Positions 22,648-35,996 of a stretch of 64,000 nt of DNA are shown in pieces. A program made the translations under genes and the position numbers. Positions within the stretch are counted from its first letter, which is position 1. The number at the start of each line of letters is the position of its first letter. This DNA is from Heptranchias perlo (lineage: Eukaryota), in the NCBI RefSeq assembly GCF_035084215.1, contig NC_090327.1, positions 64,976,001 to 65,040,000 of the forward strand, in the 5' to 3' direction. The notes beneath the pieces are model-generated. The model worked only from the letters and a program-made list of their open reading frames with translations. It did not search any database and was not told the origin of the DNA.

Positions 22648-24944
22648 TTGCCTAATCTTGTTAGAGATAGCCTTATTGTCCCACAGGAAAACCATTGCAG
22701 TATCTTGCCATTTAAAGTGTCATTCTATTCCATTTGCACAGCATGACATACAGCCAGGCAGACTTTCGAAGGCACCCTGGTCCCACGTCAAAAGATAGGT
22801 CCCAACCTGAGGGTTGTGACTTTGATTGATGGCTATTTCTAAATTCTTTGAAAAAAGGGCAGGACCTTTAATAGGCTGGAACCCTCTGCGATTGACAAGT
22901 CAGTGGGCAGAGACCTTACAGTACAGATTGATATTAGCAGTCCTCAGAGCAGTCAGAATGTATATGAACTTTGCAGCCAGTGCCAAAAGGCATGAACGTT
23001 GCTGATCATAATCTCTACCCTGTATTATCTGATAATATATTAAGAAAGTACTCTTTGTCCCTAATTCATGCTCAGGTGCTCACAGTGTTGATACAATCGA
23101 CTAAAACTGGGAGGAAAATAGTCATTGACTAAAATTATTGTACTTCTATGTCAAGTAAATTAAAATTAAGACTAAATTTTCTAAAATAAGACCAATATTT
23201 GAGATAGAGAGAAACTAAAGCCAAACTTTAAATGATTTCTAGGGCTAAAGTAACTCTGGCGTTGGGGGCTATTCAATCCCACCCCTTTACAGGTTGACCC
23301 TGTCACTCTGTTAGCATATTGTACAGAGACAGATGCAACCAGCTCACTGCTACATATGTCCCTGTGCCTTCTCAAAGTGTAGAGGCTTACACAAAACATT
23401 TGAGTGTGTTGTTCTAAATACATTTTTAAAAATTTAAAAATAGGTAACATTTCATTGGATCCCAAACAAAACTGTAGTTAACAACTTTGTTATTATTTTT
23501 AATATTTATGATTGAATTTTTAGCTAGAAAACCATTTCTTAATAAAGCACCTAGGCAGTTTAGCATAATCTGTATTTTAAAGTATGAACTACAGTTTAGT
23601 TACAGATTATGGATATGGTTTATGAGTAGGTATAATGAATAGCATGGCTAGTGTGCATTGAAGCAACTGTGGGTAGAGCTATTTTTCTTTCAAGATCTTA
23701 TTTTTCACATTACTTATACCAGCCTTTGTGGGAAAATGATGATTACACTCTTCTCAAAATAGTGTTGGATTTAAATAAGGTTATTTTGTAACCTATAGAA
23801 TACACAGATTAAAGCTGACACCTGAGTTAACCATTTTGCTTTGGGAGGGCAACAGTGGTGTTAAATATGATCCTCAGTTTGGCTCCTGTACTCATTAGGC
23901 TGGGGTTGGAGATATTAGAAATGTCAAACTGTTTTAAGTAATTTTGACAACTTGCTGCTAGTAAGCACAATGAACGGGTCAGAACCTTTGTTATGTAAAA
24001 TAGAAAATCTACATGGTGCATTAAAAATTGTCGCAACAAGCTGCTTGCACCTACTGCTCATGAGCTCTGTATGTGAAGGAGACTTACAGAAGAAAGTACT
24101 TTTATTATTAAAGCCGAATATGGCCCTATTAGCAAAGGGCATATTCAATTTTAAGGGAAACATACAGCTGTTATGATTCTTTCCCATTAAATGTTGAACA
24201 GAATTCTACACTCTCAGTTCTTTGGTTCCGTTGCAGGGAAGTATCCACCAGTCTGGTTCTAGTGCCAGAGTGATTTATTGACTCAGTATCAAACTGATTG
24301 AGTGACTTGAATATTAAAAGCACATTTTAGTAAACCAGAGCAATAAAAGCCAGAGCTATTCAGAAGAAAAATAATTAACAAAGTATTCATCATTATATGT
24401 CCTCAAATATGATATTTAGCTCATATGAGATGTAGATGTTATTCTTCACTGTTTAAAACTATGTATTAATAGTAAGTCCTGCATTTCCTTGTCCAATTTT
24501 GAATAAAAATAAGAAGCTTAATCCTTTGTAGTTGAGTGAGTGTTTTTCTGTCTGAATGGAACACATTGTAAAATAGCACTAAAAATTGACCATACAATTA
24601 TTGATAAAACTGATATTTGAACATTGCACTTTGTGCATTTAAATTGGTATAAATATTAAACAAAGTGTAGAAACTTCATTGTAAAATGTTTCTAATTTGC
24701 AGGCAGAGTGATATAAATAATATGGTGAGAATGTGATTTTATTTGTGCTTTGTTAATGATATCATTTAAAAATCATCAACCCTTAAGGAATGATTGAGGG
24801 AACAAACAAGTGAAAAACACATTAAAAAGTGGCATTTTATTTAATAGAACTAGCCAATCTACCATTGCATTGCAGACCAAATAATTTAAATTAATTTTTC
24901 AGGTCAAGCAGGGTTGCAGAGTGGGGGATAATGGAACCAACCTG

Positions 24945-27900
24945 GAGGAGTGGGAAGCGGCAATAGGAGAAAGAAAAGGCAAATAGGAGGAGGGGACAGG
25001 AGTGGAGGCATGGAGAGGAAGAGGAAAGGAGGTTGGAGAAAACGGGAGGGGGAAGAGGGAAAGTGGAAGGGTAACGAGAGAGAAGGCAGAGAGGAGATGA
25101 AGGAGAAAACAATTGAAGAGGTGGTGACAGGGGAGGGGAAAGGGGAGTGTGAGAGGAAGGGGGGAAGAGAGGAGGTGGGGGAAGAGAGGAGGTGGCGGGA
25201 AGAGGGGAAGAGAGGAGAAGGGGGGAAGAGAGGAGGTGGGGAAGGGGGAAGGGGGGGGAAGGGGGGGAGGGGGGGGAAGAGAGGGGAGGGGGGGGAAGAG
25301 AGGGGAGGGGGGGGAAGAGAGGAGGGGGGGGAAGAGAGGAGGGGGGGAGGGGGAAGAGAGGAGGGGGGGGAAGAGAGGAGGGGGGGGAAGAGAGGAGGGG
25401 GGGAGGGGGAAGAGAGAAAGGGGAAGAGAGGAGGGGGAGGGGGAGGGGGAAAGGGGAAGAGAGGAGGGGGGAGGGGGAAAGGGGAAGAGAGGAGGGGGGA
25501 GGGGGAAAGGGGAAGAGAGGAGGGGGAGGGGGAAAGGGAAAGAGAGGAGGTGGGGAAAGAGAAAGAGAGGAGGTGGGGAAAGAGAAAGAGAGGAGGGGGG
25601 GAAAGAGAGGAGGTGGGGAGGGGGGGAAAGAGAGGAGGTGGGGAGGGGGGGAAGAGAGGAGGTGGGGAGGGGGGGAAAGAGAGGAGGTGGGGAGGGGGGG
25701 AAAGAGAGGAGGTGGGGAGGGGGGGAAAGAGAGGAGGTGGGGAGGGGGGGAAAGAGAGGAGGTGGGGAGGGGGGGAAAGAGAGGAGGTGGGGAGGGGGGG
25801 AAAGAGAGGAGGTGGGGAGGGGGGGAAAGAGAGGAGGTGGGGAGGGGGGAAAGAGAGGAGGTGGGGGGGAAGAGAGGAGGTGGGGGGGGAAGAGAGGAGG
25901 TGGGGGGGGAAGAGAGGAGGTGGGGGGGGAAGAGAGGAGGTGGGGGGGGAAGAGAGGAGGTGGGGGGGGAAGAGAGGAGGTTGGGGGGGAAGAGAGGAGG
26001 TGGGGGGGAAAGAGAGGAGGTGGGGGGGGGAAGAGAGGAGGTGGGGGGGGGAAGAGAGGAGGTGGGGGGGGGAAGAGAGGAGGGGGGGAAGAGAGGAGGT
26101 GGGGGGGGGAAAGAGAGGAGGTGGGGGGGGGGAAGAGAGGAGGTGGGGGGGGGAAGAGAGGAGGTGGGGGGGGGAAGAGAGGAGGTGGGGGGGGGAAGAG
26201 AGGAGGTGGGGGGGGGGAAAGAGAGGAGGTGGGGTGGGGTGGGGGGAAGAGAGGAGGTGGGGGGGGGGAAAGAGAGGAGGTGGGGTGGGGTGGGGGGAAG
26301 AGAGGAGGTGGGGGGGAAGAGAGGAGGTGGGGGGGAAGAGAGGAGGTGGGGGTGGGGGGAAGAGAGGAGGTGGGGGGGGGGAAGAGAGGAGGTGGGGGGG
26401 GGGAAGGGAGGAGGTGGGGGGGGGAAGAGAGGAGGTGGGGGGGGGAAAGAGAGGAGGTGGGGGGGGGAAAGAGAGGAGGTGGGGGGGGGAAAGAGAGGAG
26501 GTGGGGGGGGGAAAGAGAGGAGGTGGGGGGGGGAAAGAGAGGAGGTGGGGGGGGGGAAAGAGAGGAGGTGGGGGGGGGGAAGAGAGGAGGTGGGGGGGGG
26601 GAAGAGAGGAGGTGGGGGGGGGGGAAGAGAGGAGGTGGGGGGGGGGAAAGAGAGGAGGTGGGGGGGGGGAAGAGAGGAGGTGGGAAGAGAGGAGGTGGGA
26701 AGAGAGGAGGTGGGGGGAAGAGAGGAGGGGGGGGGGAAGAGAGGAGGGGGGGGGGAAGAGAGGAGGGGGGGGGTGAGAGTGGGGGGGGGAAAGAGAGGAG
26801 GGGGGGGGAAGAGAGGAGGGGGGGGGGAAGAGAGGAGGGGGGGGGGAAGAGAGGAGGGGGGGGGAAGAGAGGAGGGGGGGGAAGAGAGGAGGTGGGGGAA
26901 GAGAGGAGGTGGGGGAAGAGAGGAGGGGGGGGAAGAGAGGAGGGGGGGAAGAGAGGAGGGGGGGAATGAGACGAGGTGGGGGAAGAGACGAGGTGGGGGT
27001 GGGGGTGGGGGTGGGGGTGGGTGTGGGGGGGGGTGTGGTGGGAGAGGGGGTGGGGGGGGGTGTGGGATGAGAGGGGGTGGGGGTGGTGGTGGGGGAAGAG
27101 AGGAGGTGGGGGTGGGGAAGAGAGGAGGTGGGGGAAGAGAGGAGGTGGCGGTGGGGGAAAGAGTGGAGGTGGGGGGGGGATTGAGTGGTGGTGGGGGGGG
27201 GAAGGAGGTGGTGGGGGGGGGGAAGTGTGGAGGTGGGGGGGGGTAAGTGTGGTGGGGGGGGGGGGAAGTGTGGTGGTGGGGGGGGAAGTGTGGTGGTGGG
27301 GGGGGTTGAGTGGTGGTGGGGGGGGGAAGTGTGGTGGTGGGGGGGGGTTTGTGTGGTGGTGGGGGGGGGTTTGTGAGGGGTGGGGGGGGGAAGTGTGGAG
27401 GTGGGGGGGGGGTTGTGTGGAGGTGGGGGGGGGGTTGTGTGGTGGGGGGGGGGGGGAAGTGTGGAGGTGGGGGGGGGGGTTGAGTGGAGGGGGGGGGGGG
27501 GTTGTGTGGTGGGGGGGGGGGAAGTGAGGTGGTGGGGGGGGAGTGTGGTGGTGGGGGGGGGGAAGAGTGGTGGTGGGGGGGGTTGTGTGGTGGGGGGGGG
27601 AAGTGAGGTGGTGGGGGGGGGGAAGGATGAGGTGGGGGGGGGGGAAGAGAGGAGGTGGGGGGGGGAGGTGTGGTGGGGGGGGGAAGAGAGGTGGTGGGGG
27701 GGGGGATGTGAGGAGGTGGGGGGGGGGGAAGTGTGGAGGTGGGGGGGGGGAAGTGTGGAGGTGGGGGGGGGGTTGAGAGGTGGTGGGGGGGGGGAAGAGA
27801 GGTGGTGGGGGGGGGGAAGTGAGGTGGTGGGGGGGTGGGTTGTGTGGTGGTGGGGGGGGGTTGTGTGGTGGGGGGGGGGGAGTGTGGTGGTGGGGGGGGG

Positions 27901-30900
27901 TTGTGTGGAGGTGGGGGGGGATGTGAGGTGGTGGGGGGGGGAAGTGAGGAGGTGGGGGGGGAAGTGAGGTGGTGGGGGGGGGGAAGTGTGGAGGTGGGGG
28001 GGGGTTGTGTGGTGGTGGGGGGGGGTTGTGTGGTGGTGGGGGGGGGATGTGTGGAGGTGGGGGGGGGAAGAGTGGTGGTGGGGGGGGGAAGAGTGGAGGT
28101 GGGGGGGGGGGTTGAGTGGTGGTGGGGGGGGGGGTTGTGTGGGGTGTGGGGGGGGGGGTGGTGTGGGGGGGGGGTGGTGGTGGTGGGGGGGGGGGGAGTG
28201 TGGTGGGGGGTGGGGTGGGGGGGGGAGAGGAGGTGGGGTGGGGTGGGGGAGGAGAGGAGGTGGGGTGGGGGGGAGTGTGGAGGTGGGGGGGGTGGTGGGG
28301 GGGGGATGAGAGGAGGTGGGGTGGGGTGGGGGGGAGAGAGGTGGTGGGGTGGGGGGGGGGGTTGTGTGGTGGGGTGGGGTGGGGGTGGTTGTGTGGTGGT
28401 GGGGGGGGGGGGGGAGGTGTGGTGGTGGGGTGGGGGGGTTGTGAGGAGGGGGGTGGGGGGTTGTGTGGTGGGGGTGGGGGGAGTGTGGGGGGTGGGGGGG
28501 AGAGTGGAGGTGGGGTGGGGGGGTTGTGTGGTGGGGTGGGGGGGATGTGTGGTGGTGGGGGGGGGGGAAGAGAGGTGGTGGGGTGGGGGGTTGTGTGGTG
28601 GTGGGGGGGGGGGATGAGTGGAGGTGGGGTGGGGGGGAGAGAGGAGGTGGGGTGGGGGGGGTGAGAGGTGGGGGGGGGGGAGGTGGGGTGGGGGGGGGGA
28701 GAGAGGTGGTGGGGTGGGGGGGAAGAGAGGAGGTGGGGTGGGGGGGAAGAGAGGAGGTGGGGTGGGGGGGAAGAGAGGAGGTGGGGTGGGGGGGATGAGA
28801 GGAGGTGGGGTGGGGGGGAGTGTGGAGGTGGGGGGGGAGAGGTGGTGGGGGGGGAAGAGAGGAGGTGGGGGGGGAAGGTGAGGGTGGGGGGGGAGAGAGG
28901 AGGTGGGGGGGGTGAGGAGGTGGGGGGGGAGGAGGTGGGTGGGGGGGGGTGGGGGGGGTTGAGTGGGGTGGGGGGGGGGTGTGGTGGTGGGGGGGGGGAG
29001 GAGGTGGTGGGGGGGGGGAGTGAGGGGTGGGGGGGGGTGGAGGAGGTGGGGGGGGGGAGGTGGTGGGGGGGGGGAGAGAGGTGGTGGGGGGGGGAGAGTG
29101 GTGGTGGGGGGGGTTGAGAGGAGGTGGGGGTTGAGGTGGGGGGGAAGAGAGGAGGTGGGGGAAGAGAGGAGGTGGGGGAAGTGAGGGTGGGGGAAGAGAG
29201 GAGGTGGGGGAAGAGAGGAGGTGGGGGTGGGGAGAGAGAGGAGTGGGGGTGGGGGAAGAGAGGAGGTGGGGGGGGGGAGAGAGGGGGTGGGGAGTGGTGG
29301 GGGGAGGGGGGAAGAGAGGTGGTGGGGGTAGGGGGAAGAGTGGAGGTGGGGGGGGGAAGAGTGGAGGTGGGGGGGGGAGAGTGGAGGTGGGGGGGGAGGG
29401 GGGAAGAGAGGTGGTGGGGGTAGGGGGAAGAGTGGAGGTGGGGGGGGGGGGAAGAGTGGAGGTGGGGGGGGGGAGAGTGGAGGTGGGGGGGGGGAAGAGT
29501 GGAGGTGGGGGGGGGAAGAGAGCTGGTGGGGGGGGGGAAGAGAGCTGGTGGGGGAAGAGAGCTGGTGGGGGGAAGAGAGCTGGTGGGGGGAAGAGAGCTG
29601 GTGGGGGGAAGAGAGGTGGTGGGGGGAAGAGAGGTGGTGGGGGGGAAGAGAGGTGGTGGGGGAAGAGAGGTGGTGGGGGGGAAGAGAGGTGGTGGGGGGG
29701 AAGAGAGGTGGTGGGGGAAGAGAGGTGGTGGGGGGAGGGGGAAGAGAGGTGGTGGGGGGAGGGGGGAAGAGAGGTGGTGGGGGAAGGGGGAAGGGGGGAA
29801 GAGAGGTGGTGGGGGGAAGAGAGGTGGTGGGGGGAAGGGGGGAAGGGGGAGAGAGGTGGTGGGGGGAAGAGAGGTGGTGGGGGAAGGGGGAGGGGGAAGA
29901 GAGGTGGTGGGGGGAAGGGGGGAAGAGAGGTGGTGGGGGGGAAGAGAGGTGGTGGGGGAGGGGGGAAGAGAGGTGGTGGGGGGGTGGGGGGAAGTGTGGT
30001 GGTGGGGGGTGGGGGGAAGAGAGGTGGTGGGGGGTGGGGGGGAGAGAGGTGGTGGGGGGGGGGGAAGAGTGGTGGTGGGGGGTGGGGGGAAGAGGAGGTG
30101 GGGGGTGGGGGAGAGAGGTGGTGGGGGGGTGGGGGAAGAGAGGTGGTGGGGGGAGAGGTGGTGGGGGGAAGAGAGGTGGTGGGGTGGGGGAAGAGAGGTG
30201 GTGGGGGTGGGGGAAGAGAGGTGGTGGGGGGAAGGGGGGAAGAGAGGGATGAGGGTGGTGGGGGGAAGGGGGAGTGAGGTGGTGGGGGGAAGTGGGAAGA
30301 GAGGTGGTGGGGGGAGGGGGGAAGAGAGGTGGTGGGGGGAAGGGGGAAGAGTGGTGGTGGGGGGTTGGGGGTTGAGAGGTGGTGGGGGGAAGGGGGGAAG
30401 AGAGGTGGTGGGGGGAGGGGGGAGTGTGGTGGTGGGGGGAGGGGGGTTGAGGGTGGTGGGGGGAGGGGGAGGAGGTGGTGGGGGGAGGGGGGATGGGGAG
30501 GTGGTGGGGGGAGGGGGTGGTGGGGGAGGGGGTGGTGGGGGGAGGGGGGTGGTGGGGGGAGGGGGTGGTGGGGGGGGGTGGTGGGGGGGGAAGGTGGTGG
30601 TGGGGGGTTGGGTGGGGGTGGGGGGGAAGGGGGGTGGTGGGGGGGGAGGTGTGGGGGGGGGTGGTGGTGGGGGGTTGGGGGTGGTGGGGGGGGGGGAGGA
30701 GGTGGTGGGGGTGGGGGAGGAGGTGGTGGGGGGAAGGGGGGAGGTGGGGGGGGGGGGAAGGGGTGGTGGGGGGGGGGAAGAGAGGTGGTGGGGGAGGGGG
30801 GAAGTGAGGTGGTGGGGGGAGGGGGGAAGGAGGTGGTGGGGGGAGGGGGTGAGTGGTGGTGGGGGGTGGGGGGAGGAGGTGGTGGGGGGAGGGGGGAGAG

Positions 30901-32554
30901 GGTGGTGGGGGGGAAGGGGGGGGGTGGGGGGGAGGTGGTGGGGGGGGGGGAGTGAGGTGGGGGGGGGTGGGGGGTTGTGGGGGTGGTGGGGGGGGGGTGG
31001 TGGGGGGGAGGGGGTGGTGGGGGGTTGGGGTGGGGGGGGTTGGGTGGTGGGGGGGGGTTGGGTGGGGGGGGGGGGGGTGGTGGGGGGGGGGGGTGGTGGG
31101 GGGGGGGGGGTTGGGTGGGGGGGGGGGTTGGGGGGGTGGTGGGGGGGGGGGGTTGGGGGTGGTGGGGGGGGGTGGGGGGGTTGGTGGGGGGGGTGGGGGT
31201 GGTGGGGGGGGGGGTTGGGGGGTTGTGGGTGGTGGGGGGTGGGGGGGAGAGAGGTGGTGGGGGGAGGGGGAGAGGTGGTGGGGGAGGGGGTTGGTGGGTG
31301 GGGGGGAGGGGGGTTGTGAGGGGTGGGGGGATGGGGAGGTGGTGGGGGGGGTGTGGGGGTGGGGGGTGGGGGGGTTGGTGGGGGGGGGGTGGTGGGGGGG
31401 GGGTGGTGGGGGGGGGGGGGGTGGTGGTGGGGGGTTGGGGGGTTGTGGGGGGGGGGTTGGGGGGGTGGTGGGGGGGGGGGTGGGGTTGTGGGGGGGGGGT
31501 TGGGGGTGGTGGGGGGGGGGGAAGGAGGTGGTGGGGGGGGGGGGGGTTGGTGGGGGGGGGGTTGGGGGGTTGGTGGGGGGGGGGGGGGGTGGTGTGGGGG
31601 GGGGGAAGGGGTGGTGGGGGGGTGGTTGGTGGGGGGGTTGTGGGGGTGGGGGGGTTGTGGTGGGGGGGGGTGGTGGTGGTGGGGGGGGTGGTGGTGGGGG
31701 GGGGGTTGTGAGGTGGTGGGGGGGGGGTTGTGGGGGGGGGGTTGGTGGTGGGGGTTGGGGGGGGGGGGGGTTGGTGGGGGGGGGGGGGTTGGGTGGTGGG
31801 GGGGGTTGGGGGTGGTGGGGGGGGGGGGTTGGGGGGGGGGTTGGTGGTGGGGGGGGGGTTGGTGGTGGGGGGGGGGGGTGGTTGTGGGGGTGGGGGTGGT
31901 GGTGGGGGGGGGGAAGTGAGGGGGGTTGGTGGTGGGGGTGGGGGGAGAGAGGTGGTGGGGGAGGGGGGAAGAGAGGTGGTGGGGTTGGGGGAGGGGGGAA
32001 GTGTGGTGGGGGGGGTGGGAGGGGGGGAAGAGAGGGTGGGGGGGGGTGAGAGGGGGGGGGAAGAGGTGGGGGGGGAGGTGGGGGGAGGGGAAGTGAGGGG
32101 TGGGGGAAGAGAGGAGGGGGGTGTGTGAGGGGGGGGAAGTGAGGTGGGGGGGAAGTGAGGAGGTGGGGGAAGAGAGGAGGTGGGGGGGGGAAGAGGAGGT
32201 GGGGGGGGGGAAGAGGGAGGTGGGGGGGGAAGAGAGGAGGGGGGGGGGAAGAGAGGAGGTGGGGGGGGGAAGAGAGGAGGTGGGGGGGGGAAGAGAGGAG
32301 GTGGGGGGGGGGGAAGAGAGGAGGTGGGGGGGGGAAGAGAGGAGGTGGGGGGGGGAAGAGAGGAGGTGGGGGGGTGGGAAGAGAGGAGGTGGTGGGGGGG
32401 GGGGAAGAGAGGAGGTGGGGGGGGGAAAGAGAGGAGGTGGGGGGGGGAAAGAGAGGAGGTGGGGGGGGGAAAGAGAGGAGGTGGGGGGGGGAAAGAGAGG
32501 AGGTGGGGGGGGGAAAGAGAGGAGGTGGGGGGGGGAAAGAGAGGAGGTGGGGGA
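24945..32554. repeat. ~7.6-kb G-rich minisatellite array, unit ~ G(6-10)AAGAGAGGAGGT, in an oprk1 intron
   Basis: Tandem units directly visible; almost no C on + strand; degenerates to G/T-only sequence in the middle. Confidence 0.95.
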
Positions 32555-32754
32555 NNNNNNNNNNNNNNNNNNNNNNNNNNNNNNNNNNNNNNNNNNNNNN
32601 NNNNNNNNNNNNNNNNNNNNNNNNNNNNNNNNNNNNNNNNNNNNNNNNNNNNNNNNNNNNNNNNNNNNNNNNNNNNNNNNNNNNNNNNNNNNNNNNNNNN
32701 NNNNNNNNNNNNNNNNNNNNNNNNNNNNNNNNNNNNNNNNNNNNNNNNNNNNNN
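32555..32754. other. Assembly gap (200 N)
   Basis: Run of 200 Ns at the end of the G-rich array. Confidence 0.99.
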
Positions 32755-33639
32755 GGAGTTGGTGGGGGGGAAGGAGGGAATAATGCTGAGGAAGGGGAAT
32801 TTAGATCAGAGGGAGCAGGGGGATTTAAGCATGAGACATCCAGCCATTGGGGTTGGACAAGCACATTTAGTGAGGGGAGGGATACTGTGGATATAAAATG
32901 CAGTAAGTAGTGTTGAGCCAGCAGAAGGATAGGTGTGGGGGAAAATGAATACAATGCATGACTTACTGCTCAGCTGCAGGGTGGGGGGGCGGTGCTCTAC
33001 GTCCGATGGGGAGATACGAGTACTTATTTATCGAGAGTGTGATGGGAAGGTTTCGATTTCCATTCCACTTTGACAATAGTTTTGCTTAAATGCTAGGACT
33101 TCCACAAGTCTTTGAGAGGTTCACTGGCTATTCGGACTCCCTGTCTTCCAGCCATCATCCTCCAAGAATTTTTGAGGGTGCTCCCTTTCTATTTCTTCTT
33201 CAATTTTTGGGGTGGGGGGTGTTTCCAGATGTATGTTCCACAGATTAGGGGGTTGGAGAAGGGGCTGCAAACTTGCTCAGCGCAGGTGATGGGAAGAGGC
33301 TGAAATCTTGTTTGGGGAGAGGGGAGAAAGTTGAGATCTTGTTCAGCAGGGCAGGGATGGGTAGTGGGCCAAAATGTTGTTCGATGGGGATTGAGCATTG
33401 GTTCCACTATTTTTGCTCAATGGTGCGGTGACCAATTCCAATCATTAACATTGTGCAATCGGTGCCCGATCTCTGCTCTGCATGCGTGGATGTTCAACAA
33501 GTCCTACTTGTGCAGCAAGGAGGATGGTGCACACTGCCTGCTATGCTCGATAATGATTTTGTCTGTATTATGCAGTGCCCGCTGCTTTCAGGGGCCTTGG
33601 ACTTGTCAGCACATTTTGGATCAATGCTGGGAAGGTTAT

Positions 33640-33984
33640 TACAATCTTGCAGCAATCCTGGCTCCACATCAAGCTGTAAAAAAAATGTACTTACCTGTTT
33701 GTAGCAGGCATTTCCTAGGTCACATCCATGACAGGGAAACCTGAGCAGAGTTCAGGGCAGCCCAATATAGTAGAGGGGACCGAAAACAGATGTTAGGCCC
33801 CTCATTAACTTAAGCAAGGGGGCCTAGCATCTGTTTTAGGTGGCCATCAGAGATGCCTTAAAAATCACCTGACCCAATATGGGAATGACATACTCCAGGC
33901 ATCCTTGGGACACGGTACAAATTGATACTTTTTACCCCCATTTTCCACCCAGAAATTGGCGCAATGAGGACCAATTTCTACCTC
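33640..33984. mobile_element. Right arm of Harbinger-type MITE
   Basis: Ends GACCAATTTCTACCTC; internal ACTTACCTG and AGGGGGCCTAGCATCTGTT resemble the 47973-48849 copy. Confidence 0.5.
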
Positions 33985-35073
33985 TAAGCCTCCATGTAAT
34001 CAAATAGCATCATCCCATAGTGACTCTCAAGCAATTTGGAACCATCTTCTGAAACATAAAATTAGATTGCTGTCTCCCTCCTGCCTCATATAATAAATAT
34101 AAATATATATCTACTAGCGGATTCACCCATGGCATTGCTCATAGTGAATTAGTGGATAGCTGTTTTATGATAATAGAGCTGTCGTGCAATGTAACCTACA
34201 ATGTGTTATCAGGACCAGTGCTTTATAGTGACCAAATAAATTAAATTCTACTTTTAATACTTGGTATTCTGGGGTTTTTACTGGTGTCTTGGGAATTAAA
34301 ATTTGTGACTTCCTCCATTATTCCTTGAGAACAGTAGGCAAGAATACCATGTGAGAGGTAGGCATCTAGTGTCTAGCATTACTGGGGAGCGAGTGGTCAT
34401 GAGATCTTGGGCTTTGGTATTACTGGAGGATGGTCCTGGAGTTTGGCAGAACTGGAGTGCAGTGCTGTGGTTTAGCAGCATAATGGAGGCAGAATCTGGT
34501 TTTTGGCAGAGCTGGAGTTGGTATTTGGGGTTTGGCTCCATGATGGATTCCTGAGTTCTGTGAGCAGTGAGGAAGGGAAAGGAATAGTTCTGACACCACT
34601 GATTTATAAGCTTCTATGAGATCATTTCAAGCATTGAAACTAAAAAAAAAGTAAATTCTATTTTGCTTATATCAATAAATGCCAAAGCTGCATAAATTAA
34701 TATAAGATTCCACTCTCTGCGCCTTTGCATTTGCCTCTTTGGGGCAGTAAACACATGGCTATATTACAAAATATATTTTTACTTTCAAACAGCAAAATTC
34801 ATTCAGCAATTTTTGCATTTCTTGTAAGGTGGCTGAGAAGGTTAGGGCTTGCAACCAACATCCTCTGTTAATGGCCAGTCTTGCAGTTAATGATAGATAT
34901 CTAGAAATTACCTCAGAGAACAATGCGCATTATTTAACTAGGATGAGTATGAACAAAGTATGTTTTTGGATAAAAATCTGCTTAAAAAAACTTTTCATGG
35001 TTAACAGGTTAATATACAAAAACAAAGCCACCTCGCATGCATCCCGGATTTTCTACTCAATGGCAAATATTTT

Positions 35074-35996
35074 GGGCTCAATTTTAAAACTGAGCCAGGA
35101 AGGGGGTGGGGGGGGAGTCAAACTGAGGATGGGAAACCCATTAGTACAGGATTCCCGGACGCCCTTACGATTTTGGTGTAAGGACATCTTTTTATTTTGT
35201 CGGTTTCCCGTCCGACTGACCGGCCTGATTGACAAGCTGCTCTCAGATGGATGGGAGACCAGCCAGGGAGAGGACGTGTTCAGCTAAGTCTGCAGATATG
35301 TCTTTGTTTGTATGGAGGGGGGGGGCATGGGGGGCATGGGGGCATGGGTGGGCACAGGGGCATAGGTGGGCATGGGGCATGGTGGGCATGGGGCATGGGT
35401 GGGCATAGGGTGGCACGGGGTTGTGTCAAGGGAGGAGGGATCAGGGGTCAGTCATGGGAGGGGGTGTAGGGATCGGTGGTCATTGCAGGGGTCCGCGATG
35501 GTTGAGGGGGAGGATCGGGGGTCGGCGGAGAGGATCAGGGTCAGGGATCGGGAGTCCGCGATCGGGCTGGGGGTTTGCTGTCGGGGGTCAGGTGTCCGCG
35601 ATCATTGGGGAGTCAGCGCAGGTACGCTTGTTGGGCCTGGGGGAAGTACTCCTGCTCCTCCGGGCCCACAAGTGTGCCTTTCTAGGCACCTACCTGTTTG
35701 TCTAGGGCCTTCTCGCCTCCTTTCACGAGGCGTAAAACAAAAGGCCCGGAAATCCCAGCCGCCCGGGGTTGAAATCGGGAAGTCCAGAAAAATGGAGGCC
35801 CGGAGCCTCCTTGAAAGGTTTTAAGGCCCGACCCACCTCCTGGGAGCGGGTTGGTCGCTCGGCCCTCTTCCAGCTCTGGTGAAAACCGGAAACGACCGGT
35901 TGGAGGCGGGTTGGGTGCGGGTCTGAAATGGCGGCAATTTCAATGCCCCCCACCCCGCCCCCAACCCACCGGTTTTTCACTTTGAAAATTGAGCCC
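35074..35996. mobile_element. Harbinger-type MITE with near-perfect TIRs
   Basis: GGGCTCAATTTTAAAA / TTTGAAAATTGAGCCC; flanks TTT/TTA; central (GGCATGGG)n spacer at ~35320-35420. Confidence 0.8.

Noticed and set aside
24891-32954. 2687-aa proline-rich ORF and the many Gly/Arg/Glu/Trp-rich ORFs on the + strand
   Set aside because: Artefacts of a G-rich tandem repeat with few stop codons; the longest spans an N gap and lies within an intron.
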